Of a stretch of 64,000 nt of DNA, positions 26,910 through 37,461 are shown in pieces. A program made the position numbers and the translations under genes. Positions within the stretch are counted from its first letter, which is position 1. Every line of letters begins with the position of its first letter. The stretch is taken from IMG/VR virus record IMGVR_UViG_3300008110_000081; one strand, given 5' to 3'. The notes beneath the pieces were generated by a model, which was not told where the DNA came from, ran no database searches, and was given only the letters and a program-made list of their open reading frames with translations. This DNA comes from an uncultured virus (IMG/VR IMGVR_UViG_3300008110_000081). Its lineage: Duplodnaviria > Heunggongvirae > Uroviricota > Caudoviricetes.

Positions 26910-29732
26910 TTATTTATAGCTGTCTAGCCACCCTCCGTACTTTTGTTCTTCTAAAGCTTTTGATCCCAGATAACCTGCTCCAAGATATGGGAATAAGCTT
27001 CTTATCATTCTGAATTGTTCCCTTCCATTAGCATCAACTTCATCTATTGCTTTTGGATCAATAGGTGTATTATTTTTACCTTTAGTTTTAGCCCAGTTTT
27101 GCCAACCTAATTGACCACGTCTAGCTCTTTCATCAATGCCAGTTATAGGATTTTCAAGAACTGTTTCTACAAAATGTTTATCTGATTTAAGACCACCTCT
27201 AGTATCTTTAATACCATGGTGAATACCTCTATACAAAGCTTCACCAAATTTATTATCATTGTTCTCTTGTAATCTTTTCATGATTTCAGAAGCTTCTTTT
27301 TTAGCAGCTTCTTGAGTACCAATTTTATATCTTTCAAAATCATTTGCATTAAACAGACCTCTGTCTAATGAATTCTGAAGAGCTTCTTCATTTCTTTTTA
27401 ATAATCTTTGTTCAAGAAATGTTTGAGCAGCATCTGTATTTTCAAGGTTTAATCTATCAAAATTAACACCGTGATATTTATGAGCAAGTCCAGAACTTCC
27501 AACATATCCTTTACTGTCTATATCAATACTTCCTAGAATGTTACCGTCTTGATCAACTAAATGTTTTAGACTATAACTGCTTTCAGGATTACTTGAAACA
27601 ATAGATAAGTTTTCTTTAGCCTTTCCCCCTTTTGTTTTAACCTCTTTAGTATATTCTTCTCTTAACCACTTTGTAGCTTTTAAGTCTTCAAGTTGTGTAA
27701 TAAGTTTCTGTCTTAATTTATGATTTTGAGGTGTATTACTAATTACTTTTTCAAAACCTTCAATAAGACTATTTAGGTTATCAGAAGAAGGTATAGCACT
27801 TTTATCTATAAGTGTTTGATTTGTTGTATTAGCAACATCACTGTAGTTAATTCTACCAGTTACAGTTTTATCTTTTTCTAATTGTTTTTTAATATCACTG
27901 AGTATATCAGTACTCTCTTTACTTTGTTTTAAGTTTTCAGTAATCTCATCCCAAGGATCTGGCCGACTACCATAACCATGCTTTTCTAAAAGAGTAACTT
28001 GTTCTGGAGAAGGTCCTGCAAACGGGTTACTGTTATCCCAATAAACTCTCCTTGCTTCATCTATATCAGTTTGTGAATAACCTACTGGTGCAGAAGCTGC
28101 TTGTCGGGATGTTCTAATTCCATCTCTAAGTCTGGTTATTCCACTAAGATCTATTTGACCAATAATTCTAGGTGTTGGTTGTACGTTTGGTGTAGTACCA
28201 ACATATGACCCACTTTGATAACCACCTGTAGGTGATGTTTGTGGTGTACCAAATAATCCTGGAGCGTTTCTTATCCAATCAGGTTCATTAGAATTACCCC
28301 ATTGATCTGTTCCCCAAGTTGACTCATATCGTGGTGGAGTTGATTGTAAAGGAGGTGTTGGTGTATTATTTATATACTCATACTGTTCACGTGATAGCGG
28401 TGTTGTACCTATATATGAAGCATTATCAAGATATTGTTCATATGTTGGTGGAGGAGGTATTGAAGAAGGAGGTGTAATATTCAACGGTTGAATATTAGGC
28501 ATATCTCTTTGAACTAAATTAGCCATAGCTTGTTCGCGTATACCTTCTGTAGTGTTTGGTATATTAGAAGGTGGTTGTGTACCAACAGCATCTCTGTATG
28601 CGCCAAAGAAATCATCACTGTCACCAAAAAGTTCTATACCACCTTCAAGTTCATCATCACTATATTGACTAGCTAAAGCATCTAAACGATCTTGTTCAAG
28701 TTGTTGTAACCACTGTTCGTCTTCAGCTGCTTTCTTTTCATAAATCCTTGCTTCAGCTAAATCTCTTTTAGGTTGTTGAGCAAAGTAGTCAGTCATCTCA
28801 GGATTTGAGAATTCATAATGATTAGGATCAAACTCTGCATTCTGTACAGGTTTTCCGCGTAAGCCTTTTAAACTCATTCCTGCAAAAGGATTAAAAACAT
28901 TGTTTAAAAACTGACCTGTATTTTTAGCACCAACACCAGCCAGAGCTCCTTGAAATAATGGAGCACCTATAGCTTTAAGATAAGGCATGTAAGAATCTTC
29001 TTGTTGTGCTCTTAGTGGAGCAGAACCTAAAGAAGATGCCATACTACCTATTCCTCCGGTAACATCTAAAATGTCTGGTACATACTGTCCAATACCAGGT
29101 AAGTTTTGTAAACTTAACTTGTCACCCGTAGCTTGAGTTTGATCAGCCCATTCTTGTCTAGTTGTAGGAAAGCCTTGTTCTTTTTGAGCTTTATCAGAAG
29201 CTCTTATTCTTTGAATCTTAGCTAACTTCTCATTAGCCTTTTGTAAATCTCTAGAAGCTTGCTTTACAGCATATTGTTTTGCTTCTTGTTGCTCAGCTTT
29301 TGTTAAAGGCTTTTTAGGAAGGTTAGGTATAACTACTCTAGTATTATCTTGAGTAGGTCTTAGGTCTCCAAATCTGCCACCAACTTGATACTCATCTAAC
29401 CATCCTCCATACTTAGCCATACGTTCTTCTCTTACATAAGGTGTACCCATATTATGGATACCGGAGTAAGGTGGTAAGTACTGCCCGTTGGCCATCAAAG
29501 GTATTCCAGTCTGTGACATATCAATCATACCGTTTGGAGTATGAATGTCAATTGAGCTTCTCTCTCTGTATGGTGAGTCATCTCTATAACCCATCATACT
29601 TAAGTCATCATCAAAAGCATCTAGCCAGTCTTCTGTTGAAGACCTACCAATAATTTTATCTTTAGGTTTTGCTACACCCTTGTTAGATTTAGCTGCTCTA
29701 ACGTCTCTGGAAAAAGTATTTGAATTGCCCAT
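26910..29732 (-). CDS. Putative cargo protein (940 aa), possible C-terminal GNAT-like domain
   Basis: KYGGWLD motif near both ends; Pro/Thr-rich middle; start overlaps the muzzle stop (TAATG). Confidence 0.55.
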   Translation of the reverse strand: MGNSNTFSRDVRAAKSNKGVAKPKDKIIGRSSTEDWLDAFDDDLSMMGYRDDSPYRERSSIDIHTPNGMIDMSQTGIPLMANGQYLPPYSGIHNMGTPYVREERMAKYGGWLDEYQVGGRFGDLRPTQDNTRVVIPNLPKKPLTKAEQQEAKQYAVKQASRDLQKANEKLAKIQRIRASDKAQKEQGFPTTRQEWADQTQATGDKLSLQNLPGIGQYVPDILDVTGGIGSMASSLGSAPLRAQQEDSYMPYLKAIGAPLFQGALAGVGAKNTGQFLNNVFNPFAGMSLKGLRGKPVQNAEFDPNHYEFSNPEMTDYFAQQPKRDLAEARIYEKKAAEDEQWLQQLEQDRLDALASQYSDDELEGGIELFGDSDDFFGAYRDAVGTQPPSNIPNTTEGIREQAMANLVQRDMPNIQPLNITPPSSIPPPPTYEQYLDNASYIGTTPLSREQYEYINNTPTPPLQSTPPRYESTWGTDQWGNSNEPDWIRNAPGLFGTPQTSPTGGYQSGSYVGTTPNVQPTPRIIGQIDLSGITRLRDGIRTSRQAASAPVGYSQTDIDEARRVYWDNSNPFAGPSPEQVTLLEKHGYGSRPDPWDEITENLKQSKESTDILSDIKKQLEKDKTVTGRINYSDVANTTNQTLIDKSAIPSSDNLNSLIEGFEKVISNTPQNHKLRQKLITQLEDLKATKWLREEYTKEVKTKGGKAKENLSIVSSNPESSYSLKHLVDQDGNILGSIDIDSKGYVGSSGLAHKYHGVNFDRLNLENTDAAQTFLEQRLLKRNEEALQNSLDRGLFNANDFERYKIGTQEAAKKEASEIMKRLQENNDNKFGEALYRGIHHGIKDTRGGLKSDKHFVETVLENPITGIDERARRGQLGWQNWAKTKGKNNTPIDPKAIDEVDANGREQFRMIRSLFPYLGAGYLGSKALEEQKYGGWLDSYK

Positions 29733-32700
29733 TATCTTGGAGAGTAAAGTTCTTTATTATTTGTCAATATTACAAGCATTTTTTTATCACCACAAACTTT
29801 TTTTCTTAAGAACACTGTGTTGGTGTAATGTCTGAATTTCTTTCTTTGGAATGAAGGCTTGTTGTAATTTAAGTTGTTAGGGTTCAGAGTTCTGTTATAA
29901 CCATTTGCTCCTGTGTTCCAAATCATACGTTGAGCATTAGGATTATATTCACCTCTGTTATCTGTGATATCCCAGAACTGGTTGAATCTGTACTTGTTCT
30001 CAACCTTTGAGTAAAGTATATCAATCATGTTTAAATGTATGATTGGATACTTGATCATCTCCATTGGCTTATTCTTGGGAGCAAGGTTTAAGTTTAACAT
30101 ACCTGAGACCTGCTCTGTATTATAAACCACAGCTTGATCAAAGTTAAAATCTAATACATGGAACCGGTCATAGTTGTTAGGTGCATATTTGAAACACTCA
30201 AGTTGGTACTCAATACTTCTTACAGTGTTTATTGTCTGTACTGTGTCAACCATATACTCAACTTCAAATGGATAATCTTTACCATAGAAGTTACAATAGG
30301 TATTAGCTGTTACAGAATTATGAATCCATATACCTGAATCTTTAACTGTAAGGAAAGTGTTTTTACCTGGCATCATTAAGCTAGGGTGCCAGTCATGGTA
30401 AGATATCCAGTTCTTAGTTTTAGGATCATAGCTTATTGTCCAAGACGCGTCTTCAAAAAATCTCTCATCTCCTAGTAACACTTGGAATGATACTCGATCA
30501 TTATTAAGCACGTTGAATATATTTGAAGTTACATAATCCAAGGTAGTTCCTGCAGGTAAATCTGTTTTAACAACATAATCTTTTTTGGTAAAATAGATTA
30601 AACCATTCTGATTATCAAACATTGATTGACAGCCTATACCAATTACAGGATTGTCAGTTAACTCAAAATTTGGATATGTTTCTGTAAGCTTATAAGGCAG
30701 GTACATAATCAACCACCATTTTAAATCTTGCATGGATATTTCAGTTAATCCGCCAGAGTAACTAAATATCTTTCCTTGATTTTGACTCATCCAGTATGGC
30801 CCGATCGGAGTATTAATTACACTCAGTCTATCCTGACATGAGGCATACTCATAAGGTCTATCAGCATTTACAATTGCTTGTTGTGGTTGTGAAAATAACT
30901 GACCATCACCAATAGTAAGTGCAGTACCAGTTCCTGTTTGTAACTGATCAAGACCTTGAAACATTATAGGACTTTGTGAGTCAAAGAAGAACATAGCTCC
31001 ACTCTTGTTTATATTCTTAACATTGGTTACTATAGAATCAAAGTCATAATAGTTATTTGGTAAGAAGTCTCTCCAGTAATCATGTAAATTTTCATACTGT
31101 ACAGGTAAAGAATAAATTACGCGAGAATCTTTATACACATAACAGGTCTCTGCTAAAAAAGGATCATAATTATATCTTTGAGTTGTAGCCCAGCTAACAT
31201 AATTTAAAAATATTTTAGAAATACTTAAAGAGTCATCATACTTATAATAGTTACCTGCTTTAATAACATCAGTGCTAAACATTGATTTTAAATCAGTAAA
31301 TCTATATGGATCATAATGTTGTTGCTCTATTGTTTCTCCCCAATCTCTTAAATCAATATTATAATCTGACTCAACATAAAAGTCTTTAACTCCTGAATTA
31401 AATAAATAAAACCAAGCATTTTTAATTGATAATCTGAAATTATTAAACGCAGAAGAAACACTAAAAGGCAATGGTGGACAAGAGTCACCGTCTAAACTGT
31501 AAAAACTACTTGGTAAAACTAAATTATTAGAAAATGAAGCACTACCTAAAGCTGAACCTAATGAAGACATAAAATCTCCGGTTTCAAACTGATTAAAGTT
31601 CCCCCAAAATCTAGGCCACGCTACCATTTGATTTCTTGTATAATCAAATTGAGCACCATCAGGCTGACCATATAACCAATTAAAGAAATAATAAAATGTA
31701 TTCTTCTCCGTGTATCTTCCTATATAAGTATCTCCTCCAAATACAACATCTGATGAAGTTGTTGATCCCAATGGATTTCTGGCAGGAGCAGGGAAAGAGC
31801 AATAAGAAGCAGGTACTATTATTACACCTGTGATTTGACCATACTGATTTCTAATACGTTGTTTAAGTGATCCATAAAATGAGGAAGCTCTTTGAGGAGT
31901 TCCACCACTACCTAAATTGGTATAACTATTTTGTAAACCAATTTCAATTTTTGTAGGATCTCTTGGTACAGGTGTAGTATTACCAGATATTGTAGGATCT
32001 ACTTCAAGTAAATCTAAACATTGTGTAGCTAATATTCTAGTTCTTTCTACAAGTGTAGGATCTTGAGCAAGTCCTGATTGTAAAGAATTTATTTCTAATT
32101 TAATTCCAACAGTTTTTGCTCTGTATAAATTATTAACTCTACTTGTTAAATCAAAGTTTGTAACTTGAGGACCTATATATAAAGAATTTTCTATACTGTA
32201 TCTTATTTGGCTACTAGGTGCTGGAGGTAAATAGCTATCATAATAACAGTGTGATTGATATCTTAATGCATAATCTTTATAAGATACAAAAGTTCTTATA
32301 AGCTCTAAAGTTGAATCAGTACCTTGAGTCCAGTAATTTAAAAATAAAGGTATATTACCAGCAAGACCCATACCAGATCCCATAGCATTTAACGGACCAT
32401 CTTCTTGATCCATGCTTTTTAAATATTTTTGAACACCTCGTGAAGAAATACCTATTAAGTTAGCAATACCTAATGCAACATCTCCTGAAGCTGGAGAACC
32501 TATAGCAGTCGTAGTAACAACATTAAGATTTGATGGAGATTGACCAGCTAAAAATAAAGGTATACGGATTCCACCCGTTGTCCAAAATGCTTGAGATGCT
32601 ACACTTTGAATTTGTCCAAATATTGAGTTTATGATTTGAGCAAATTGATCAAGTGGTGAAGTAATACTACCTTGACCAACCGGTGACACATTCGCTTGTA

Positions 32701-34996
32701 CACTTGTTGGTAGAGTATACTTAGCACTTCTTTTACCATTCATAGCTAATAGACCAATACCTAATCCAGCAATAGCAGATATAACAAATGTAAAATTAGT
32801 TATAAGCTTATGTTTAGGATGCTCTTCAGATTTTTGAAATTGTCCAATAACACCTCCATTCATTTCACCATGCAGTTTTAATTCACTACTTGATAGATAA
32901 GGATCTTTAAAATTAGTATCAGGGCTGTGAAAAGTAAGATATTGTTTTGAAGTATTACCATAACCTACAGCATTATAATTTGTAGATGGGCTATTGGTTC
33001 CATTAAAAGGAGAACAAACCTGAGGTGTTATTTCACTGGTTGATAAAAAAGGATCATCATATAAATCATTATATGGATAGTTAGGGTATAAACCATTTAT
33101 GTTACTGTTAGGTATATCATAAGTTCTCATGTTTGAGATGAGACCTTTGGCTAATATTGTTTTATTACCGTTACGCGTACCTCTTAATATTTCATAACCA
33201 ACAACACCAGGTATAGCTGTTACACCATCATTCATTAATGGGTATTTGATATTCTCAAACTTAACACCCATTATTCTTATTTTATCTTTTGTTGCATTCA
33301 AATATTCTATAGGTCCTACTACTTGATTTGGTGGTGGTATAGACCCTAAAGGTAGATCAGGAAATCTATGATGTCTAATAGGTGTACCACAAAGATCTAA
33401 AGTGGTTAATGGAATACTAATACCAGCAGCAACTAAATCATAAGGATTAACTGATGTGTTAAAACCTCCTGTGTTAGGAATGTTATTAATCAAGCCTAAC
33501 GGATTAGTCACTGAATTCCAAACTTGTGGTTTCTTATCAGGATATAATTCTGTAGATTCCCAGTATCCCATAAGACCTTCACCAACAACTACACCTCCAT
33601 CTGATAATACAGTATTAGGAAAACCTGTAATTATTGCTGTATTTTCAACTAGCCATTTATAATTAATAAGCCCGCTAATTTCATCTTCTAAAGCATTAGA
33701 AGTTGTTGGAGCTAATTCAGATGGTATAGCTCCTCTACCAGGAATATGGTATGCTGATGATTTGTCTCCGGTGTCATATACCCAACGGATAAAGAAGGGA
33801 TAAACCTCATCACGCATGTAGTTAGTCTTGTTACCACCATTTCTGTAATAATTTGTTGGGTATTCTACAGACTGCCATTTAACAACAATTTGATTTGCTA
33901 AAGGCTGGTAGTTAAAATCTTCTTTTGTAGTTGTTCCAGATCTTACTAGATAATCTCCAACATTAAACATAGCATCTGTTTTTTCAATAACAGGTGTCAT
34001 GATTGGAATTTGAGAAATAGGTATAGATGGCCAAGTTGAATCTATTGTGTCAAAACTTAATCTTTTCTGACGTGTGCTATAAACACCAGCTTGTCTTGCT
34101 ATACTTTGTTCATTAGTATATGAGATAATAGCAATAATTACTTCATCAAAAGTCTGATCAAGACTATTCATAGAAACATCTATAGATGATGCAATATTAT
34201 TGTGATCAAATAAAGCTTGTATATTAGACACATACCAATCACTGGCTTTAATTCCATTTATAGCATAAGCAACAGCTATAGCATAAGAACCGTTTAACAG
34301 TGTTCCACCGCTGATTCCTTTTAAAATCTCAACACAAGGTACTTCTATTAAACGTGATATACGTATTTTTTCACAATCAATCTGATATGTATTATCACAA
34401 GTAACACAATTGTTTGTTGTAACACAATTGGTAACCCAAGGGATTGGTGAATTAGGATTTGTTTGTTGTGGTACAATAGGCTGATAATTTGAGTCAACCA
34501 GGAAAGGGAAGTTATTACCAATATTCTCAATATCAACATTGATTGTTCTTGATACATTGTTTGTATCATCCCAGTAAATACCAAATACACAAGTGCTATT
34601 AGCTCTTGATACACCTTTAATAAGATTGGTTGTTTTAAAGTTTAAACAAGTATTATCTTCAATGATGGATATCATTTGACAAAGGTTTTCTTTAAAAATA
34701 CTAATCTGTGATATAGTATTGTTTGTAGAAAATATTGCCCAGATATCTGCATATAAATGTACAACACCTATTATGGTTAAACGTGTTCCAGGATTTATCC
34801 TAGTAGTAATTGCTTCACCACATGGTAAGTTTGAAGGCTCATTACCTAACTTACCTAAATCACCAGTTCTAGAATTATTAATAGCATTGCGCGCGTGCGT
34901 CCAAGAGTTCTCCGGTAAATGATAATCATTTACATCTTCATTTAAACTCTTATCAAACCGGCGAGTTGATGTTGGGTTATTATCTTGTTGTGCCAT
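29732..34996 (-). CDS. Tail muzzle / tail stabilization protein (P22 gp10-like, crAss type; 1754 aa)
   Basis: Beta-rich; YMRDEVYPFFIRWVYDTG..SAYHIPGR, FHSPD, FGGDTYI and WTISYDP..WISYHDW segments typical of crAss muzzle proteins; follows ring-protein genes. Confidence 0.8.
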   Translation of the reverse strand: MAQQDNNPTSTRRFDKSLNEDVNDYHLPENSWTHARNAINNSRTGDLGKLGNEPSNLPCGEAITTRINPGTRLTIIGVVHLYADIWAIFSTNNTISQISIFKENLCQMISIIEDNTCLNFKTTNLIKGVSRANSTCVFGIYWDDTNNVSRTINVDIENIGNNFPFLVDSNYQPIVPQQTNPNSPIPWVTNCVTTNNCVTCDNTYQIDCEKIRISRLIEVPCVEILKGISGGTLLNGSYAIAVAYAINGIKASDWYVSNIQALFDHNNIASSIDVSMNSLDQTFDEVIIAIISYTNEQSIARQAGVYSTRQKRLSFDTIDSTWPSIPISQIPIMTPVIEKTDAMFNVGDYLVRSGTTTKEDFNYQPLANQIVVKWQSVEYPTNYYRNGGNKTNYMRDEVYPFFIRWVYDTGDKSSAYHIPGRGAIPSELAPTTSNALEDEISGLINYKWLVENTAIITGFPNTVLSDGGVVVGEGLMGYWESTELYPDKKPQVWNSVTNPLGLINNIPNTGGFNTSVNPYDLVAAGISIPLTTLDLCGTPIRHHRFPDLPLGSIPPPNQVVGPIEYLNATKDKIRIMGVKFENIKYPLMNDGVTAIPGVVGYEILRGTRNGNKTILAKGLISNMRTYDIPNSNINGLYPNYPYNDLYDDPFLSTSEITPQVCSPFNGTNSPSTNYNAVGYGNTSKQYLTFHSPDTNFKDPYLSSSELKLHGEMNGGVIGQFQKSEEHPKHKLITNFTFVISAIAGLGIGLLAMNGKRSAKYTLPTSVQANVSPVGQGSITSPLDQFAQIINSIFGQIQSVASQAFWTTGGIRIPLFLAGQSPSNLNVVTTTAIGSPASGDVALGIANLIGISSRGVQKYLKSMDQEDGPLNAMGSGMGLAGNIPLFLNYWTQGTDSTLELIRTFVSYKDYALRYQSHCYYDSYLPPAPSSQIRYSIENSLYIGPQVTNFDLTSRVNNLYRAKTVGIKLEINSLQSGLAQDPTLVERTRILATQCLDLLEVDPTISGNTTPVPRDPTKIEIGLQNSYTNLGSGGTPQRASSFYGSLKQRIRNQYGQITGVIIVPASYCSFPAPARNPLGSTTSSDVVFGGDTYIGRYTEKNTFYYFFNWLYGQPDGAQFDYTRNQMVAWPRFWGNFNQFETGDFMSSLGSALGSASFSNNLVLPSSFYSLDGDSCPPLPFSVSSAFNNFRLSIKNAWFYLFNSGVKDFYVESDYNIDLRDWGETIEQQHYDPYRFTDLKSMFSTDVIKAGNYYKYDDSLSISKIFLNYVSWATTQRYNYDPFLAETCYVYKDSRVIYSLPVQYENLHDYWRDFLPNNYYDFDSIVTNVKNINKSGAMFFFDSQSPIMFQGLDQLQTGTGTALTIGDGQLFSQPQQAIVNADRPYEYASCQDRLSVINTPIGPYWMSQNQGKIFSYSGGLTEISMQDLKWWLIMYLPYKLTETYPNFELTDNPVIGIGCQSMFDNQNGLIYFTKKDYVVKTDLPAGTTLDYVTSNIFNVLNNDRVSFQVLLGDERFFEDASWTISYDPKTKNWISYHDWHPSLMMPGKNTFLTVKDSGIWIHNSVTANTYCNFYGKDYPFEVEYMVDTVQTINTVRSIEYQLECFKYAPNNYDRFHVLDFNFDQAVVYNTEQVSGMLNLNLAPKNKPMEMIKYPIIHLNMIDILYSKVENKYRFNQFWDITDNRGEYNPNAQRMIWNTGANGYNRTLNPNNLNYNKPSFQRKKFRHYTNTVFLRKKVCGDKKMLVILTNNKELYSPR

Positions 34997-34997
34997 A

Positions 34998-36065
34998 TTA
35001 CATATATAAACCTGATCTTGTTCCTGTTATTCCTTCTCCTCTAAAATCATTAGGATTCTTATCCCATTGATACCATGGATATGATTTAAACATGTCATAG
35101 TATCTTGCATACTGAGCTCTTCTATTCATCCACCATACACGTTTCATTTCTGCAAAGTTAGGTGTATTAACAATTGATAAAGCTTGGTTTCTAGCTGCCC
35201 TTAATCTTGCTTCTACAAGTTGTAATTTAGCTGTTACATTCTCGTCATTCATTAAAAGATTTTCAAGAATACGTTGTTTAACAGCATATTCATAATACTC
35301 ATTAATCATATCATGATCAGGAATAAGCAAGTTACCATTATCGTCTTCAAGAGCACCTTGATAATTTATATACACTTTACCTGTTCTGAATGTTGTGTAT
35401 AGATAACCATCTCTAATCCAAGCTTGGTTATTAGTGTTTAAGTATAAGTTAGGGCAATCACAATCAATACTTTGAGGATTCTCAAGTATTCTAAGCGGCG
35501 CTAATCTCCTGTATGTATTTGTTCTTGTTCCTACAACTTGAACTAACTCATAACAATCATCTTTACAATTCATAAACACGCGTGGTTTAATACATGTGTT
35601 ACCATATTGTTCAAGAGGATTATAAACACAATTAGAAGGTTGAGTATTACAAGAACAAGAACAAGGTGCTGATTGACATACTGTACAATTTACTGTACCA
35701 TCAGTACAAGCGCTTATAACTTGAGGAGTTTCCCTGTACTTAGCCACCATTGGAGTATTGATAGGTATCTCCTGTATGTTAGTTCCTTGTGGAAAAGTCT
35801 GATCAACAGAAAAATCATCACACACCATTGCAAAGTTTAACACAAAAAAGTCATCTGGTAATTTAACACGTCCTCTGTCAACTTCAAGTAAAGTTTCTTT
35901 AGTCATGTAAACTCTTAGACCCAAATCATAATTAATCCTCTTAGCAACCTTGATTAATTGCTGAGGTTCTATCATGTTCTGTAATGATAAGTTTTGAAAG
36001 TCAACCTGAACATCACTGAGTAACTGCTCAAAAGTTCTGTATTTTAGTGTGTAATTGTAACTCAT
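34998..36065 (-). CDS. Tail ring (tubular) protein with Cys-rich insertion (355 aa)
   Basis: VKLPDDF..., GKVYINYQG..DDNGNLLIPD..YYEYAVK pattern of crAss ring proteins; adjacent to muzzle gene. Confidence 0.65.
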   Translation of the reverse strand: MSYNYTLKYRTFEQLLSDVQVDFQNLSLQNMIEPQQLIKVAKRINYDLGLRVYMTKETLLEVDRGRVKLPDDFFVLNFAMVCDDFSVDQTFPQGTNIQEIPINTPMVAKYRETPQVISACTDGTVNCTVCQSAPCSCSCNTQPSNCVYNPLEQYGNTCIKPRVFMNCKDDCYELVQVVGTRTNTYRRLAPLRILENPQSIDCDCPNLYLNTNNQAWIRDGYLYTTFRTGKVYINYQGALEDDNGNLLIPDHDMINEYYEYAVKQRILENLLMNDENVTAKLQLVEARLRAARNQALSIVNTPNFAEMKRVWWMNRRAQYARYYDMFKSYPWYQWDKNPNDFRGEGITGTRSGLYM

Positions 36066-36093
36066 TGTTAAATGTTTTATTCAGTGTTGTTAA

Positions 36094-36768
36094 TTAACTA
36101 CGTAATGGTGATTGCTTATCTGCCGTTGCTTCTTGCGGAGCTTGCAACAAAAATGTTAAATCTTTAATTACAGCTTGTTCAATTTCTGCAAATAGATACT
36201 CGGGGAAATGAGTGGCGTCATCCTGGCGTAGTTGGCAAACATCACCATCGCAGATATACATATTAATGCTCTCATCCCATAAACCTTCAATCCGTACAGC
36301 TTCCCAAGATATATTAGGGAAATACAGATAGCCATTCAAGTACCAGTAATATTTATTCTTGTTGTATTTAAAATTTGTAGTACGTGTCATTGACGCGTAA
36401 GTAGTAGGATAAGTCTTGAAACATTCCTGAGATCCGTCCATAGAACTTACAGTTCTGAACAAAGGTCCATAAGCTCCTTCAAGTACAGTAGGCAACTTGT
36501 CCTTTGTACGCATGATCATACAATTAGTTTTAATGTCATTGCAGCAGGCCTCTATTCGGTCTACCTCAACAAGATCTACGCAAGGTAATGGTTCAAACAA
36601 ACTCTGGAAACGCATGATTTTGTTTTCAGTATCCTGTCTTTTAATGTACAACTTTGCGTACTTAAGTACTAGACTATAAAGAAAACGGTCAGTCAAGAAA
36701 GCATCTTCCTTAACTCCTTTTACAAGATTTCTTACTCTTGATATTGTATCACCAATTGATGTTGCCAT
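36094..36768 (-). CDS. Tail ring protein (224 aa)
   Basis: YYWYLNGYLYFPN and FPEYLFAEIEQ pattern; synteny HU-ring-ring-muzzle. Confidence 0.6.
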   Translation of the reverse strand: MATSIGDTISRVRNLVKGVKEDAFLTDRFLYSLVLKYAKLYIKRQDTENKIMRFQSLFEPLPCVDLVEVDRIEACCNDIKTNCMIMRTKDKLPTVLEGAYGPLFRTVSSMDGSQECFKTYPTTYASMTRTTNFKYNKNKYYWYLNGYLYFPNISWEAVRIEGLWDESINMYICDGDVCQLRQDDATHFPEYLFAEIEQAVIKDLTFLLQAPQEATADKQSPLRS

Positions 36769-36779
36769 TGTATTAATTT

Positions 36780-37355
36780 TTAATCCATATCAAACTCATT
36801 GTAATCAAGCACGTCTGTTTCATGCTTCTTCTCAAAGAATTCTTTTACTGTTCTTTTTTTGTAAAGACTATTAATCATCTGAAAGTTCTCAACTTGTACA
36901 TAACGTTTCCAGTTTTCCGGATAAGTTCTACTAACAAGTCTTGTAAAATCTCTTATACCTTTAAATTGCCACAACTCTCTATCTCTAAACTTATACTTAT
37001 TAGCATAATTGGTATAAAAGATTTTTGCAACATAAGAGTCTGATTCAAAGTTGCGGTGTTGTAAAGCTGTCTTGTATTTGATAGAAGTTGGGTAATCTGT
37101 GTTGTGCTTCCTTGGTGGTTTACAGGTGCCAATAAAGACGTAACCTAAGTTCTCTGGTAATTCAACACCATCTCTATTATCAATGATTTCATTGTACATT
37201 AAAAGAGAATGTGTGTTAATTATCTTTTTTAAGGTACTATTAGGAACAGCGGCATACTCAGGATATTTCTTTTTAAACACTCTGTAGAATTTTTTTGTTA
37301 AGACTGTAAACCTTACCGGTCTAAATCTAGGAGCTGATAAATCTGGTTGTCTCAT
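36780..37355 (-). CDS. HU/IHF-like DNA-binding protein (191 aa)
   Basis: Basic; helix-helix then GVELPENLGYVFIG resembling the HU beta-arm; crAss-like phages carry an IHF-like gene in the tail module. Confidence 0.6.
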   Translation of the reverse strand: MRQPDLSAPRFRPVRFTVLTKKFYRVFKKKYPEYAAVPNSTLKKIINTHSLLMYNEIIDNRDGVELPENLGYVFIGTCKPPRKHNTDYPTSIKYKTALQHRNFESDSYVAKIFYTNYANKYKFRDRELWQFKGIRDFTRLVSRTYPENWKRYVQVENFQMINSLYKKRTVKEFFEKKHETDVLDYNEFDMD

Positions 37356-37384
37356 CTGTTTTTATGTTGTTGGTATACAAGCAC

Positions 37385-37420
37385 AATATACAAAAATTTT
37401 TTAAATTTTAAAATAAACTT
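37385..37420 (-). promoter_or_regulatory. Putative late promoter (AAGTTTA..TTTGTATATT) after terminator
   Basis: Same motif, between the terminator and the HU-like gene. Confidence 0.55.
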
Positions 37421-37428
37421 TTTAAGTG

Positions 37429-37461
37429 TAAAAGCAAATACCCCAGATTACTCTGGGGCAT
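37429..37461 (-). terminator. Rho-independent terminator after the Cys-rich operon
   Basis: Minus strand TGCCCCAGA-GTAA-TCTGGGGTA followed by TTTGCTTTT. Confidence 0.75.
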
